A stretch of 64,000 bases of DNA from Verrucomicrobiales bacterium (lineage in GTDB: Bacteria; Verrucomicrobiota; Verrucomicrobiia; Verrucomicrobiales; V1-33). Where the stretch lies: NCBI GenBank assembly GCA_031411295.1, contig JANOAV010000122.1, positions 1-64,000 on the forward strand, in the 5' to 3' direction. Shown one piece after another: positions 48,806 through 59,600 of this stretch (position 1 is its first letter; each line of letters starts with the position of its first letter). Position numbers and translations under genes: made by a program. Below the pieces are notes generated by a model. It had not been told where the DNA came from and did no database searches. It saw only the letters and a list, made by a program, of their open reading frames with translations.

Positions 48806-51800
48806 ATGTCTCCAGCGATGCACCCTTTACACGAAATCCGATTGCCAGCAGCGCCCTCCATATCTGGGGAAACGTTATTGGAGTGGGATCGTCTTTGGTG
48901 TCCGTTAGGCGGTAAAATTTTGATGGAGGGGTTCGGGTTTCATGATTCCAACCGAGGATTTCTTCAGGAACCTTCAGCTTACGCCAATAAAGAGTGCCGA
49001 ACATTGCAGCAATGGATTAGCTGTCCTGCTGGCGCTTGGGTTCTTTGCGGTGCTCCGGGCACAGGCAAAACTGGTGCGATCCATCGCTGGTTGGAACTTG
49101 TAAAGAAAGCTGAGCCTGATACTGCCATCATTGCTTGGACGACTGGCATGTTTGGCGCGGCAGCAAATTTTGAATGCCTCTCCAGACAGCCAACCTTCAT
49201 CGAAGCGCTCACTTCGCAACGAAACTTGATTCTGGTTATCGACGGGTTCGATCAATTTCGCACCGAGGGAGGGTTGCCATTTGAATCCCTGACAGCGTTC
49301 TTAACATCTATTCCTGACCGCTCGCGCCTGCGCCTTGTCATCGGTTGTAGATCTCGTGACTGGAACTCCACTCATGGGCAAGCATTAATAACCCTTTGGG
49401 GGAAGCCCGAAAATCCAAGAGTGCTAGAAATTTGCCAATTGCGGCGTTCCGAGGTGGTTTTGGCGACGGAGGCATTTGGCGGAATTTCATCGCAGAGTTT
49501 TCTCAATGAAGTCTTCGCCAAACGGCTTGAGGCTGCCGCTCAGTGGCCATTGCCCCTTGGCTCACTGATGAATCAGTTCTCCAATGAGGGAGGATTAACG
49601 GCGTCTGTGCGCGAAATGTTTTCGCGGACGATTGATCAGTTGCTAGCTGACGCTCGGGCGCGACTACCCGAAACAAACGCACTTCATCGAAGGCAACTCC
49701 GGCAATGCGCGAGCAGACTTGCCGCTTTGACTAATTTTGGTGGCTACTCCCGCATCGGGCGCAGCGAGACGTCCCTCAATTCATTAAAGCCCAGCGAATT
49801 CTGCGGTTCTTATGCGCTCGCTTCTGAGGTCACCACCGAAACGGGAGAATTTGTCCTTTCTGAGCCGATGTTGCACCAATTACTTGGGACTGCACTCTTC
49901 ACAACTGTCGAACCGCCCTTAGTGCAGGAACCAGATCCGCCATTCGGCTTCACGCATCAGAACTACGCCGAATTTCTAGCAGCCGAGTATGTGGCCCACT
50001 TGAACATTGATCAATTGCGCAGTCTGCTAGCAATTCGAGGACTTGGAGGAGAAACAGTGCCGGGCCCACTCGTGGAGACGACCAGTTGGTTGGCAGTTAT
50101 GCGACCTGATTGGTTTGCATATCTCGTTTCCTCCATGCCCGAAATTCTGGTGCGGGCGGATGGAGCACAGTATTCAAATGAGCAGAAACTTCGCTTAGTG
50201 CAGGCGCTGTTAGAAAGGGCCCACAGTTGGAACGCCTCGGTATTTGAAGATTTAAAGTTACTGACTCCTGCGTTCAATTTTAGCGGATTGGCCGAGATAC
50301 TAGAACCCGTCATCGTCGATGCCTGCGCCACAAATTTCCCTCGTAGGCTGGCTATGGAAATAGCTGAACGATGCAAGTTAAGCGCATTGGAAGAAGCTTT
50401 ATGGCAAGTGCTGGAGCGAGACAATGAAGACGAGAATCTTCGCTATTGGGCCACTCGTGCACTGCTGAGAATTTTAATGGAAGCTAGCCTTGGAGAAAAA
50501 AGCATTCAGCGGTTGAATCGAGCAATGCGAGGAGAGATGGGCCCAGATGCAAATGACGAACTCAAAGGCGCAGCCCTTAGGTGTCTTGTCCCGCGAGTGC
50601 TGAAACCAAGGGAGGTCGCTCAGTTTCTTACAATTTGTCAAAACGGATCTTATTACGGAAATTACTCTGCATTCCTAAATCGGGTGCTGCCAGCAATTCT
50701 TACAGAAGATGACTTGGAGGCGTTCTTGGGGCTTGGGGCAATTACCCCATCCCTGTTTCATGTCCAGTTTACGTCCAACATTTTGGCAACTGCTGTGCTA
50801 AAACTTTTCAGCAAAGTCACCTCGCCAACCCAGGGGATGAAACAGGGGTTCATAGGATGGGTTCAGCGCTGTGTGAAAAATCATACGATGCTCCCTTTGT
50901 CCGAGAGACATTCATTCGATTCAGAACTAGCAGAATCGTTGTCGGATGACATCCCGATAACAAAACGATTCGAGTGGTTGACGATGTTCGTGAAAGAAAA
51001 AATGCCGTCCAAGGATTCAGACTGGGCGGTCATCCATGCCCTGGGATTCCCTCATCCACCGTTGGATCTAACCCTAAATGCATTAAACGAAGCAGAGCCT
51101 GCGTTGCGTCCATTTTGGGCTGAGATCGTTCGGTTCTCGCTGGGTCCGGACCAGAGGATTGCCCATCTTGATGCGCTGCTTGCGGCTTATGAGCGCCATG
51201 AAGAACTACGAACCGCATTGCTGCCATGTAAGAAGGGCAAGAACATCCACCAAACATACAACGAAATAGCACACAAGGCAGCCAAGGAGAACGAACGCCA
51301 TCTACGACAACGAAAGAAGTCGGAGAAGGAACTACTTTCACGGCGGCAATTGCTAGACGTGTATATTGGCCAATGGAAGACCGACGGAACAGAACTTTCG
51401 TGGATAAATTTGTGGCAGATATGTGGTTTAGACGAAGCCGGGGTTTCGTTCGACTGGAGTGGCGAAATGTTGACGGACTGGAAAGGGTGGAAATCTTTAA
51501 CCGTAGATGAGCAATCCCATGTGAGAGGCTGCGCCAAAGCGTTCCTGATGCTTCGGGACGACCCTCATCGCAACGCCTCAGAATGGAAGGCGACAAAATG
51601 GACTGATGCAGCTAGGTATGCCGTTGGGTTACTTTCCGATGAACTTGGAGTGGATCATCAGTTGGCGCAGACTGTTGGGCAGAAGTGGGTGATCGCATGG
51701 TCCCACCATCATTGTGACAACACCGGGGCGAACCGAAAAATCGCCAGCGTTTTTTATAAGCTACACCCAGAGACGGTTATTAGACTCATGCGCTCCAATT

Positions 51801-53182
51801 TCCAAAAGGAGAACGAGGCGAACAACCATTGTCAGAGTGTTCGTCTGCTAGCGGATTGCTGGGGTAACGCGTTAAGCGCTGAGCTCACAGACTGGCTGAG
51901 TGCAGACAACATTCAACCAACCACATTTCGCACAGGAGTTCAGTTTCTCTCATCAAAAGCCCCGGACAGCGCCATAAGCCTTTTATCTGGGCGCTTAGAC
52001 CGGATGGCTTCCGAGGGTAAGGAAACCGAAGACCCGCTGCGTGAGGTAATAATCCTCTGCTCACTTCTTTTTTCGAATGGAGAGCTCTTTGAACAAGCGA
52101 TTACGCTCTTGAGTGACGCCACCAATGCTAGACGCATTCTTTGCTTAGCTCATGGAGACGTGGGAGATGGCGCGCATGGCTTGCCTTCAACGCTGACGGC
52201 ATTAACGAATGAGCAATTGGGTCGTCTCACGGTGTTAGTTGCCCATGCCTTTCCTGAAGATGAGCGTGCCCACAATGCCGCAGGAGATGAAATCGATGAG
52301 CCGGGGGAACAGGAGATTGACGATGAGGAGGCAGCAGGCCTTGCGTTGGAGAAGAAGTCCGGTCAGACCGGGAGAACCACAACATCCAGCATGCTCATGC
52401 ATCGCATCTCCACTAGCATCATTGCGCACTTTGCCTCTGTCGCTACCTCTAAAGAAATCGATGCATTGCGTCCACAGATGCCAGCAGGCAGACGGACGGA
52501 GTTGGCATTCAGGCGCAGCAGTGCTCAGCGTCAAGCAGCGCAAATCGCTTGGGAACCGCTTACACCTGTGCAGTTATTGAAGCTGGTTCAGATGCCGCAC
52601 GCGTGCTTCGTGCGGACCAATGATGATTTGCTAGAATTCATTTTGCTGCGCCTTCAAGCATTTGCAGACCAACCTTGGGACATCTCTGTGCAACCTCTGT
52701 GGAATGAAGATGACGGCAAGCCGACAACAGCAAAAAATGAAGAAGCTCTATCGAATACACTCAAGCGGTGGCTGGACAAAGATTGGCAACTCGTGGTGAA
52801 CCGTGAAGTCCAACCTATCGAGACCATGCCGAATCGATTAGACCTGAAAATCGACATTCCCGGCCAGCCTGCATTATGCGTCATTATTGAGGTAAAAAAG
52901 GCTGGAAACGCCGAGGTCTTAACCTCCCTGCAAACGCAGTTGATTGACCGATATCTTATCGCAGGGCGTCAAACTCATGGCGTCTATCTGGTGGCCTACT
53001 TTGGTGACAAGGGCAGCCCATTCCGGGGAAAATCAATTGAAGAGGTAAGGCAGGAACTCCAGCATATTCGTGATAGCGCCACCCTGCCACCTGACGTTCG
53101 GGTCAGCACCCTCTTGATGGATTTTAGACACCTTAAGGTTGTTCAGAGAGCACTTAGGAAGCCAAAGCGAAAGCAGCGGTAG
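48806..53182 (+). CDS. NACHT/STAND NTPase with long helical region and C-terminal PD-(D/E)xK nuclease-like domain (candidate anti-phage protein)
   Basis: Walker A GAPGTGKT, Walker B LILVIDGFD, 'LVIGCR', 'WPLPL', 'FGFTHQNYAEFLAA'; C-terminal 'NEEALS...VNREV...RLDL...IIEVKK...QLIDRYL...HGVYLVAYF'. Confidence 0.8.
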   Translation: MSPAMHPLHEIRLPAAPSISGETLLEWDRLWCPLGGKILMEGFGFHDSNRGFLQEPSAYANKECRTLQQWISCPAGAWVLCGAPGTGKTGAIHRWLELVKKAEPDTAIIAWTTGMFGAAANFECLSRQPTFIEALTSQRNLILVIDGFDQFRTEGGLPFESLTAFLTSIPDRSRLRLVIGCRSRDWNSTHGQALITLWGKPENPRVLEICQLRRSEVVLATEAFGGISSQSFLNEVFAKRLEAAAQWPLPLGSLMNQFSNEGGLTASVREMFSRTIDQLLADARARLPETNALHRRQLRQCASRLAALTNFGGYSRIGRSETSLNSLKPSEFCGSYALASEVTTETGEFVLSEPMLHQLLGTALFTTVEPPLVQEPDPPFGFTHQNYAEFLAAEYVAHLNIDQLRSLLAIRGLGGETVPGPLVETTSWLAVMRPDWFAYLVSSMPEILVRADGAQYSNEQKLRLVQALLERAHSWNASVFEDLKLLTPAFNFSGLAEILEPVIVDACATNFPRRLAMEIAERCKLSALEEALWQVLERDNEDENLRYWATRALLRILMEASLGEKSIQRLNRAMRGEMGPDANDELKGAALRCLVPRVLKPREVAQFLTICQNGSYYGNYSAFLNRVLPAILTEDDLEAFLGLGAITPSLFHVQFTSNILATAVLKLFSKVTSPTQGMKQGFIGWVQRCVKNHTMLPLSERHSFDSELAESLSDDIPITKRFEWLTMFVKEKMPSKDSDWAVIHALGFPHPPLDLTLNALNEAEPALRPFWAEIVRFSLGPDQRIAHLDALLAAYERHEELRTALLPCKKGKNIHQTYNEIAHKAAKENERHLRQRKKSEKELLSRRQLLDVYIGQWKTDGTELSWINLWQICGLDEAGVSFDWSGEMLTDWKGWKSLTVDEQSHVRGCAKAFLMLRDDPHRNASEWKATKWTDAARYAVGLLSDELGVDHQLAQTVGQKWVIAWSHHHCDNTGANRKIASVFYKLHPETVIRLMRSNFQKENEANNHCQSVRLLADCWGNALSAELTDWLSADNIQPTTFRTGVQFLSSKAPDSAISLLSGRLDRMASEGKETEDPLREVIILCSLLFSNGELFEQAITLLSDATNARRILCLAHGDVGDGAHGLPSTLTALTNEQLGRLTVLVAHAFPEDERAHNAAGDEIDEPGEQEIDDEEAAGLALEKKSGQTGRTTTSSMLMHRISTSIIAHFASVATSKEIDALRPQMPAGRRTELAFRRSSAQRQAAQIAWEPLTPVQLLKLVQMPHACFVRTNDDLLEFILLRLQAFADQPWDISVQPLWNEDDGKPTTAKNEEALSNTLKRWLDKDWQLVVNREVQPIETMPNRLDLKIDIPGQPALCVIIEVKKAGNAEVLTSLQTQLIDRYLIAGRQTHGVYLVAYFGDKGSPFRGKSIEEVRQELQHIRDSATLPPDVRVSTLLMDFRHLKVVQRALRKPKRKQR

Positions 53183-53190
53183 GCCAGCTC

Positions 53191-53670
53191 ATGCAGCTGC
53201 CGTCACTAAGGACGCAGCCACCACATGCCCGCAGCTCCAGAACCCTTCCTCCACAAGAAGGAAACTACCATGATCTGCTGGCCTACCGGAAGGCAGAGTT
53301 GGTCTATGACCTCACCTACCGCTTCACCCAGAAGCACCTTCAGAAAGGCGACCGCACCGTTGACCAAATGATCCAAGCCGCCCGTTCGGGAAAGCAAAAC
53401 ATCGCAGAAGGCTCCAAGGCTGGCGTCAGCTCCGCTGAAATGGAGTTGAAGCTGATGAACGTTGCCAGAGCCAGCCTTGAGGAACTGCTCATCGATTTCA
53501 AAGACTACATCCGCGTGCGAGATCACCAGCTCTGGGTTAAGAATTCCAAGGAAGCGCTGTTTGTCAGGAAACTCGGCTCCAACAAAGACCTGACATTCGA
53601 ACACGTCCGTGAAGTTTTCGAAACTCGTCCACCAGAAGTCATCGCGAACTTGAGGGTGTGCTTCAGATAG
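53191..53670 (+). pseudogene. Four-helix-bundle (23S rRNA IVP-like) protein, apparently 3'-truncated and possibly 5'-frameshifted
   Basis: 'LLAYRKAELVYDLT...DRTVDQMIQAARSGKQNIAEGS...ELKLMNVARASLEELLIDFKDY'; ends abruptly at 'PEVIANLRVCFR'; out-of-frame ATG53225 gives MPAAPEPFLHKK, a more plausible N-terminus. Confidence 0.7.
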
Positions 53671-53681
53671 GCCCGATTACG

Positions 53682-56600
53682 TTACTTGAAGATTGGGGCA
53701 AAAGTCGTATCCACGGAACCATCTGGATTGAGGCGGACGATGCTGGTGCGGGTTTGCCCGCCGAAGGTGCTGAAAGTGCCACCACCCAAGACTTGCCCGT
53801 TGCCGACTGGCAGGATGGCCTTCACCTCGGTGCCAGAGTTGTTTCCCGTGCCGGTTTGGTAGGAGGGATCGACGGCACCCGTGGTCGTGCTGAGGCGGGC
53901 GATACCCCGATGCGCGGTGGCTGAAGCACCAAAATCACCCCCAATATAGAAGAGGTTGCTGACATCGTCTGGACGCGATAGATCCGGCCCAGCGAGATCC
54001 CGGAAGGCCAGCGCCCCAGTGGAAACGTTGGTGCTGACACTACCAGTTAGGCTGATTTTGTGAATTTGAGTGGTCAGGGTTGGTCCGACGGCGGGATTGA
54101 ACACTCCGTAGAATTGGGTGCCTGCTGCGTTGATGGACAACGCATCCGGGGTTCCTTGCGTGAAGGTGCTGACTACCGTTGCTGGAGCCAAGGTTTGGAC
54201 GTTGAAGGAATACAATTTACTGCCGGCTGTAAAGTAAGCCACGTAGGCATTGCCACAAGTGAGATCACCCACGTTGACCAAACTCACGTTGCCATTGAGA
54301 TCGGCAATTTGCACCTGATTCACGATGGCGGTGCTGCTGACATCGATGCGCACGAGATCATCGGTGCCAGTGGCAATATAGTAAAGCCCGCCGCGCATGA
54401 AGGCCAAATTGCCAGGCTTGCTGGTCGGGCTGTAAGTGAAGCTGCCCTGTAGGGAACCCAGGGCAAGGTGGCTGCCACTGTCCAGGCTATAGCGACCCAG
54501 TTTGAAGTTGCTGGCCGTTTCCTCGACGTAATAAAGGTAGCCGTTGGCCTGATCCCAAGCGATGGCGGACAGTCCGGCAAAGGCGGCTGCTGCGGTGGTC
54601 AGGGTGCTGCTCGTGCCAGTTTCGGGATTCACTTGGTAAATGTTCCGGTCCGTTCCGCCGGCCACGGCGTAGTAGGCGCCAGCATAGGATGCCGCATTCA
54701 AATGAAGGTCGGAGGTATCCAGCAACGCGAGGCCCGGGGTCGTCGCGGTGCTGGTGCCGCTGATGGCTCCGGTCGTGGGGTTCAAGGTCCGAATAATGGT
54801 TCGCGCAGCATCACGCGCCACGTAGAGCGGACGACCACTGCCAGCATCAGGTCCGAAGACGATGGACTCGCAATAATCAGCAGTGCCTGCGGTGGAGGCA
54901 ATCTGGGTGTAGGTGCTCATGGTCGTGAGATTGAATTTCGCCATGATGCTATTGCCTCCAGCGATCGCGCTGAAATACATCATGCCCGAGTCGTCCACCG
55001 CCAGATCCCCCACGGAAGCAAAGGCCACGGTGTTGGCGGTGAGATCCCGCACCTTGGTTTGTTCAGTGCCGATCGTCGGACTAGTGGTGATGCGGATCAG
55101 ATCGTCCGTGCCCGGCTCAATGAAGTAGAGATAGCCGCCCCACCAGGATAAGTTGGTGGGTTTGACGGTCGAGTTATAATTGTTGCCCGTGGTTAGGTTG
55201 TAAACGGCAGTATGGACATTGGTGGCAATCTGCCAGCTCCCTAACGAGTAGCCCGTGGCGGTGTCCTGGAGATAGAACACGGTGTTCTGCACCGGATCAT
55301 AGGCCAGCGAGGAGACGTTGAAGGCGGCGGCGTTGTCCACCACTTTGACGGTGGCTCCCGTAGTTAGGTTCAAGGTGTAAATGTCTTTGTTTCCACCCGT
55401 AACAGCATAGACCAGCCCTGCTGGCGGAGTGGGCACGGGGTTGAAATTGCGGGCGGGGAATTTGAAACCCGGGAGGTCGGTAAAGATGGGCGTGCCCCAG
55501 GGTGGAGCGGAGTTATAGCTCCATAGGGTGGTATCCGCACCAGAGGCGACGACCCGTTGCAGGGTTTTGCTGGTTCCGTTAACGGAGACGAAATCATTGT
55601 TCGTCGGACTGATGGCCAGATCCTTGCCCGTCACGGAGGCTTCCGTGCTGTGCAAGCTGGTGACGACGGCTGTGGTTGGATTAATCACCAACATTTCCCC
55701 ATCCTTGGAGTCGAAGGCGTAGAGGGTGCCATTCGGATGGAACTCGAGGGCGTCAACATTGGTCCCCACATTCGTGCCGTTGGTGATATCTCCGACCGCC
55801 GACCATGCCGTTAGGTTGTTGGCTCCGTCCACAGACAGTCCGGTGATTTTGAAGAGTTTGTCCACCGCTGTATCGGTCCCGCGCTGATAAACCGCATAGA
55901 GTGAACCGTCCGCGCCCACGGCCAATCCACTGACCGCTTCAACATTAGTGGACGTGGTGATGGCGGCTCCGTTCATGCTGCTAAGCGCTTGATCCAAATC
56001 ACCCACGAAGGTTGCGGTCACACTACCGGCGGTCACCGTGTTCAAATCAACCCGGAAGAGGGGGCGGCCATAGAGGACACCGTTGACGTTGGTGTCTTTG
56101 TTGCGCACAAAGTAAGCGTAGTTATCGGTTGTGACCGCAAAGGATTCGATGTCGCTATCTGCTGCCAGTGCAGTGGCGGCACCGCCACTGCCGGGGTAAC
56201 GAATATCACCGTAGTTGGTCAGGGTAGGCGCGCCGTCGTAGCCGTTGATCTTGAGCAACTGCGCGTTGGTATTTTCTCCGATGGCCCAGGCGGGTGGAGC
56301 GGGAACAGAGGCGTTGGAGGCGGACGCGAAGTCCGTGAAGGTCAGCTGGGGCTGCGCATTGGCAGTCACGGAAGCGACTCCGGAACTAAGATTCAACGAA
56401 TCGATCACGAAGGCGTTGCCACCGGTGCCGTAAAGCTTTCCCGTCAGGAAGCCTAACGATGGATAGGCGCTGGTCGTGGTGCCGATGGTGGCGAAACCAG
56501 TGGCATCGCGCAGGTTGTATTTGTAGAAGGTGTTGACGCCGGCGTTGGTGCTGACCCAGTAGAGCACGCCTGAATCATCCAGCGCCAAGTCACCGACAGT

Positions 56601-59600
56601 ATTGAAGGTGGTGCCCAGGCTGATGGTGGATTGACCAGTGATGATGGTAGCCCCGGCATCGAGTTGACTCTTCACGATGTTGCTCGTGCCAGGTTGGATG
56701 TAGTAGAGGGCACTGTTGTAATAAACCAAGTTCCCAGGATACGCGGTGGCGGTAGTTGCGATGGTTTTGATATTTCCCAACGTGGCTGAGTGCGTGCTGG
56801 TGCCGACGGTATATTTACCAACGTTCCAGGTCGCATTCGCTCCATCTTCCAGATAGAAAATATTTCCACTCACACCGTCATAGGCAATAGCGCCGAGATT
56901 GTAGGGTGCCGAACTGTTCAGCAGGGCACTAATGCCAGTGGTAGGCTCGAGTCGATAGAGATTCTTATTTCCCCCAGTGATGGCAAAGAAATTAGCCGAA
57001 GGAGCTGGCAGCGCTGGCTGATTGGGCGTGGAGGTGGCCAAGTCAAGAATTTGGTTGGCTGGATTGACATTGCCGACCAAAGTGCGAGCCCCTGTAGTAA
57101 CGTTCAAGGTGTAAAGCTTCTGACTCACTACGGGATCGAATGGAATCCCGTTGAGTTTACTGCTGTCATAAGTTAGCGCGTAGTAGCGTGGATTCATGGC
57201 ACTGCTATCGATGATGGTATAACCACCGAACGTGCGCATATCGAAGCGAGCCAACACGTTGGCATCTTCATAGGAAATGTAGGCTTGGCCGAGGTCGTCA
57301 ATCGTGAAGGCCCCAACCGTCGAACCAACGGTGGCGTTGCCGGCCACGTCCGCCACGCGAACTTGATCCGCGATGACATAGGGACTGGTGAAAGTGATCT
57401 TGAAGAGATCGTCGGTGCCTGTGGCAATGTAATAAAGGGCTCCATTGAAGTGAGTTAGGTTATGGGCCCGCGTGCCCGTTGGTCGATGGGTGCCGATGAG
57501 TTTTAGATCCGTCTGGAAGAGCGCATCGCGCACGGCGCTGTGGGTATCGGTGCGGAGATCGTAAGCGTAGAGGCGCTGTGGATTGTCCGTGGTTACGGTG
57601 TAGTAAACCAGCGCGTTGGTCTGGTCGAAGGCGACCGCCTCCACATCACCCTTGGCTTGCCAAGTTAGGAAATAGGCGCGGGCAGTCGAGAGATCCGTCC
57701 GCAGAATGGCCGGGGTATTGGTGATGCTGGTAAAGGCATAGCCACTGCCCGGCAAGTAAGGGCCGGAGGTTGAGGATATGTCGGTAAAGGCAATTTTCGG
57801 CAACACTGGGGCGACAAAGGTCGGAGCACCAGTGGTGATGTCGAGGGAGAACGTTTTGTAAGGATCATCACCGCGCACCCCATAGAGGGAGCCCGAGGAA
57901 TTGAACACAAGGCTGGACCAAGGGATGTTGGGATTGTTCGAGATCAGAGTATAACCACCCATGATCGTGAGATCGTAGCGGGCCAGCTTGGCCGTCGAGG
58001 CGAAATAGAGCATGCCATTGCTGTCGATCGTGGCTGCAGTGACGGCTCCCTGCGAGGCGTCGTTATTGAGATCGGCCACTTTGTGAAGGCTGTCGATCCC
58101 GATGGGGGTGAGGTCAATTTTGATCAAATCATCGGTATTGGGCGCGATGGTGTAGAGACCACCGTTGGCGATAAAGAGATTTTCCGGCTGCGCAGTGATC
58201 GGCGTGTGATTGGTGCCGCCGGGTGCGGTGAGATTGAAATTGTAAATCGTGTGAACATTGCCCGTGAGATCATAGCGGCCGACGCGCCAGTTGCTGGCGG
58301 CGGCTTCCACATAGTAAAGTTTGTTGGTTGCGCTATCGAAGCCCAGAGACTGAACATTGAACGGAGCGCTCGTGATGGCCATGTTAGAGCCCGTGGCGGG
58401 ATCAATCCGGTAAATGGTGGAGGTGCCATCGGCTGCGAAATAGCCAGTAACCGCAGGCGGTGGCGTGACCGCTAACCCAACAAAGCTAAGGGCGGATGGG
58501 GTGCTGAGGCCCCAGAGGTTGAAGTAATTGAAGTAAGCAGTGTCATTCGCGTTGCCAGTGACGACTTTGGTGATCGTGGAGTTATTCAACGCAGTGACGA
58601 GGTCGGTGTCGGAGAGATGGACGGCCAGCGGACCCGCGGAAGCTTCGGTGCTGTGCATGGCCACGGTGAGGGATCCGGTGGTGGCATTGACTTTATAAAC
58701 GCCGAGGTCATCCGTATCACTGACATAAGCCTGCCCCGTGCTGTCGATGGCCAGACCGCGGGCATTCCCGGCGTTCGTGGCACCATTTTGCAAGGTTCCG
58801 ACCAAGCCCACCGCGAGGTTGCCTGCGCTCGAAGGAGTCAGACTGATGATTCGGCATAAGGCATCGGCGGTGGCGCCATTGCCAATCCGCACCACCAAGC
58901 GCAGGCTCCCGTCCGCGCCTGGGGCCAGGCCGGAGACCACTTCATTGGAGGTGAGCGGAGTCACTCCGATGGCCGTGCGCAGGCCGGGACCGAGGTCGCC
59001 CACCAAGGATGCCACCACGGGACCAGAACTTGGCAGGCTGTTCAGGTTGAGGGTAAACAACGGCCGTTCGTAAGTCACCCCGGCAATGACCGTGGCCGCA
59101 CTATTTACGAAGTAGAGTCGGTTGGAAGCATCCACCGTCATGGCGCCAAGAACTGACGCAGCATTGGTGAAGAGCGTGGTGGCAGCACCATCCCGATAAG
59201 CCAGGGCTCCGAAGTCGGTGCTAGCAACGTTGCCGCCATTATTTTTATAGTTACGGAAACGCAGCAGATGTGGATCTGGGGCTGCGGAGTATCCGGCAAT
59301 GGCCCAGAGATCGTCGCTGGCAGCGGGAGGAGTGTTAGCCGAGGGGCCAGCGAAGTCGGTGAAGGCCAGCGCAGGGGAGGAGTTCACAGAGGAGATGAGG
59401 GAGGCGTTGCCTTGGCTCAACTGGTCAACTTGGAGGGAGCCAGCGGCATAAAGATTACTTTGATAAAGGCCTAAAGCCGGCTCGGCTCGGGGCAGGGTGC
59501 CCACGACGCCAAAGCCAGTGCTCCCAACGATGTCGTAACGATAAAGCGATGGGGTTCCTACCGCAGGGGTGTTCGTGAAGAGCAACATCCCAGCATCCGT

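Noticed and set aside
53191..53670. Diversity-generating retroelement (Avd-like four-helix bundle)
   Set aside because: No reverse transcriptase and no template/variable repeat pair differing at adenines seen in the window.
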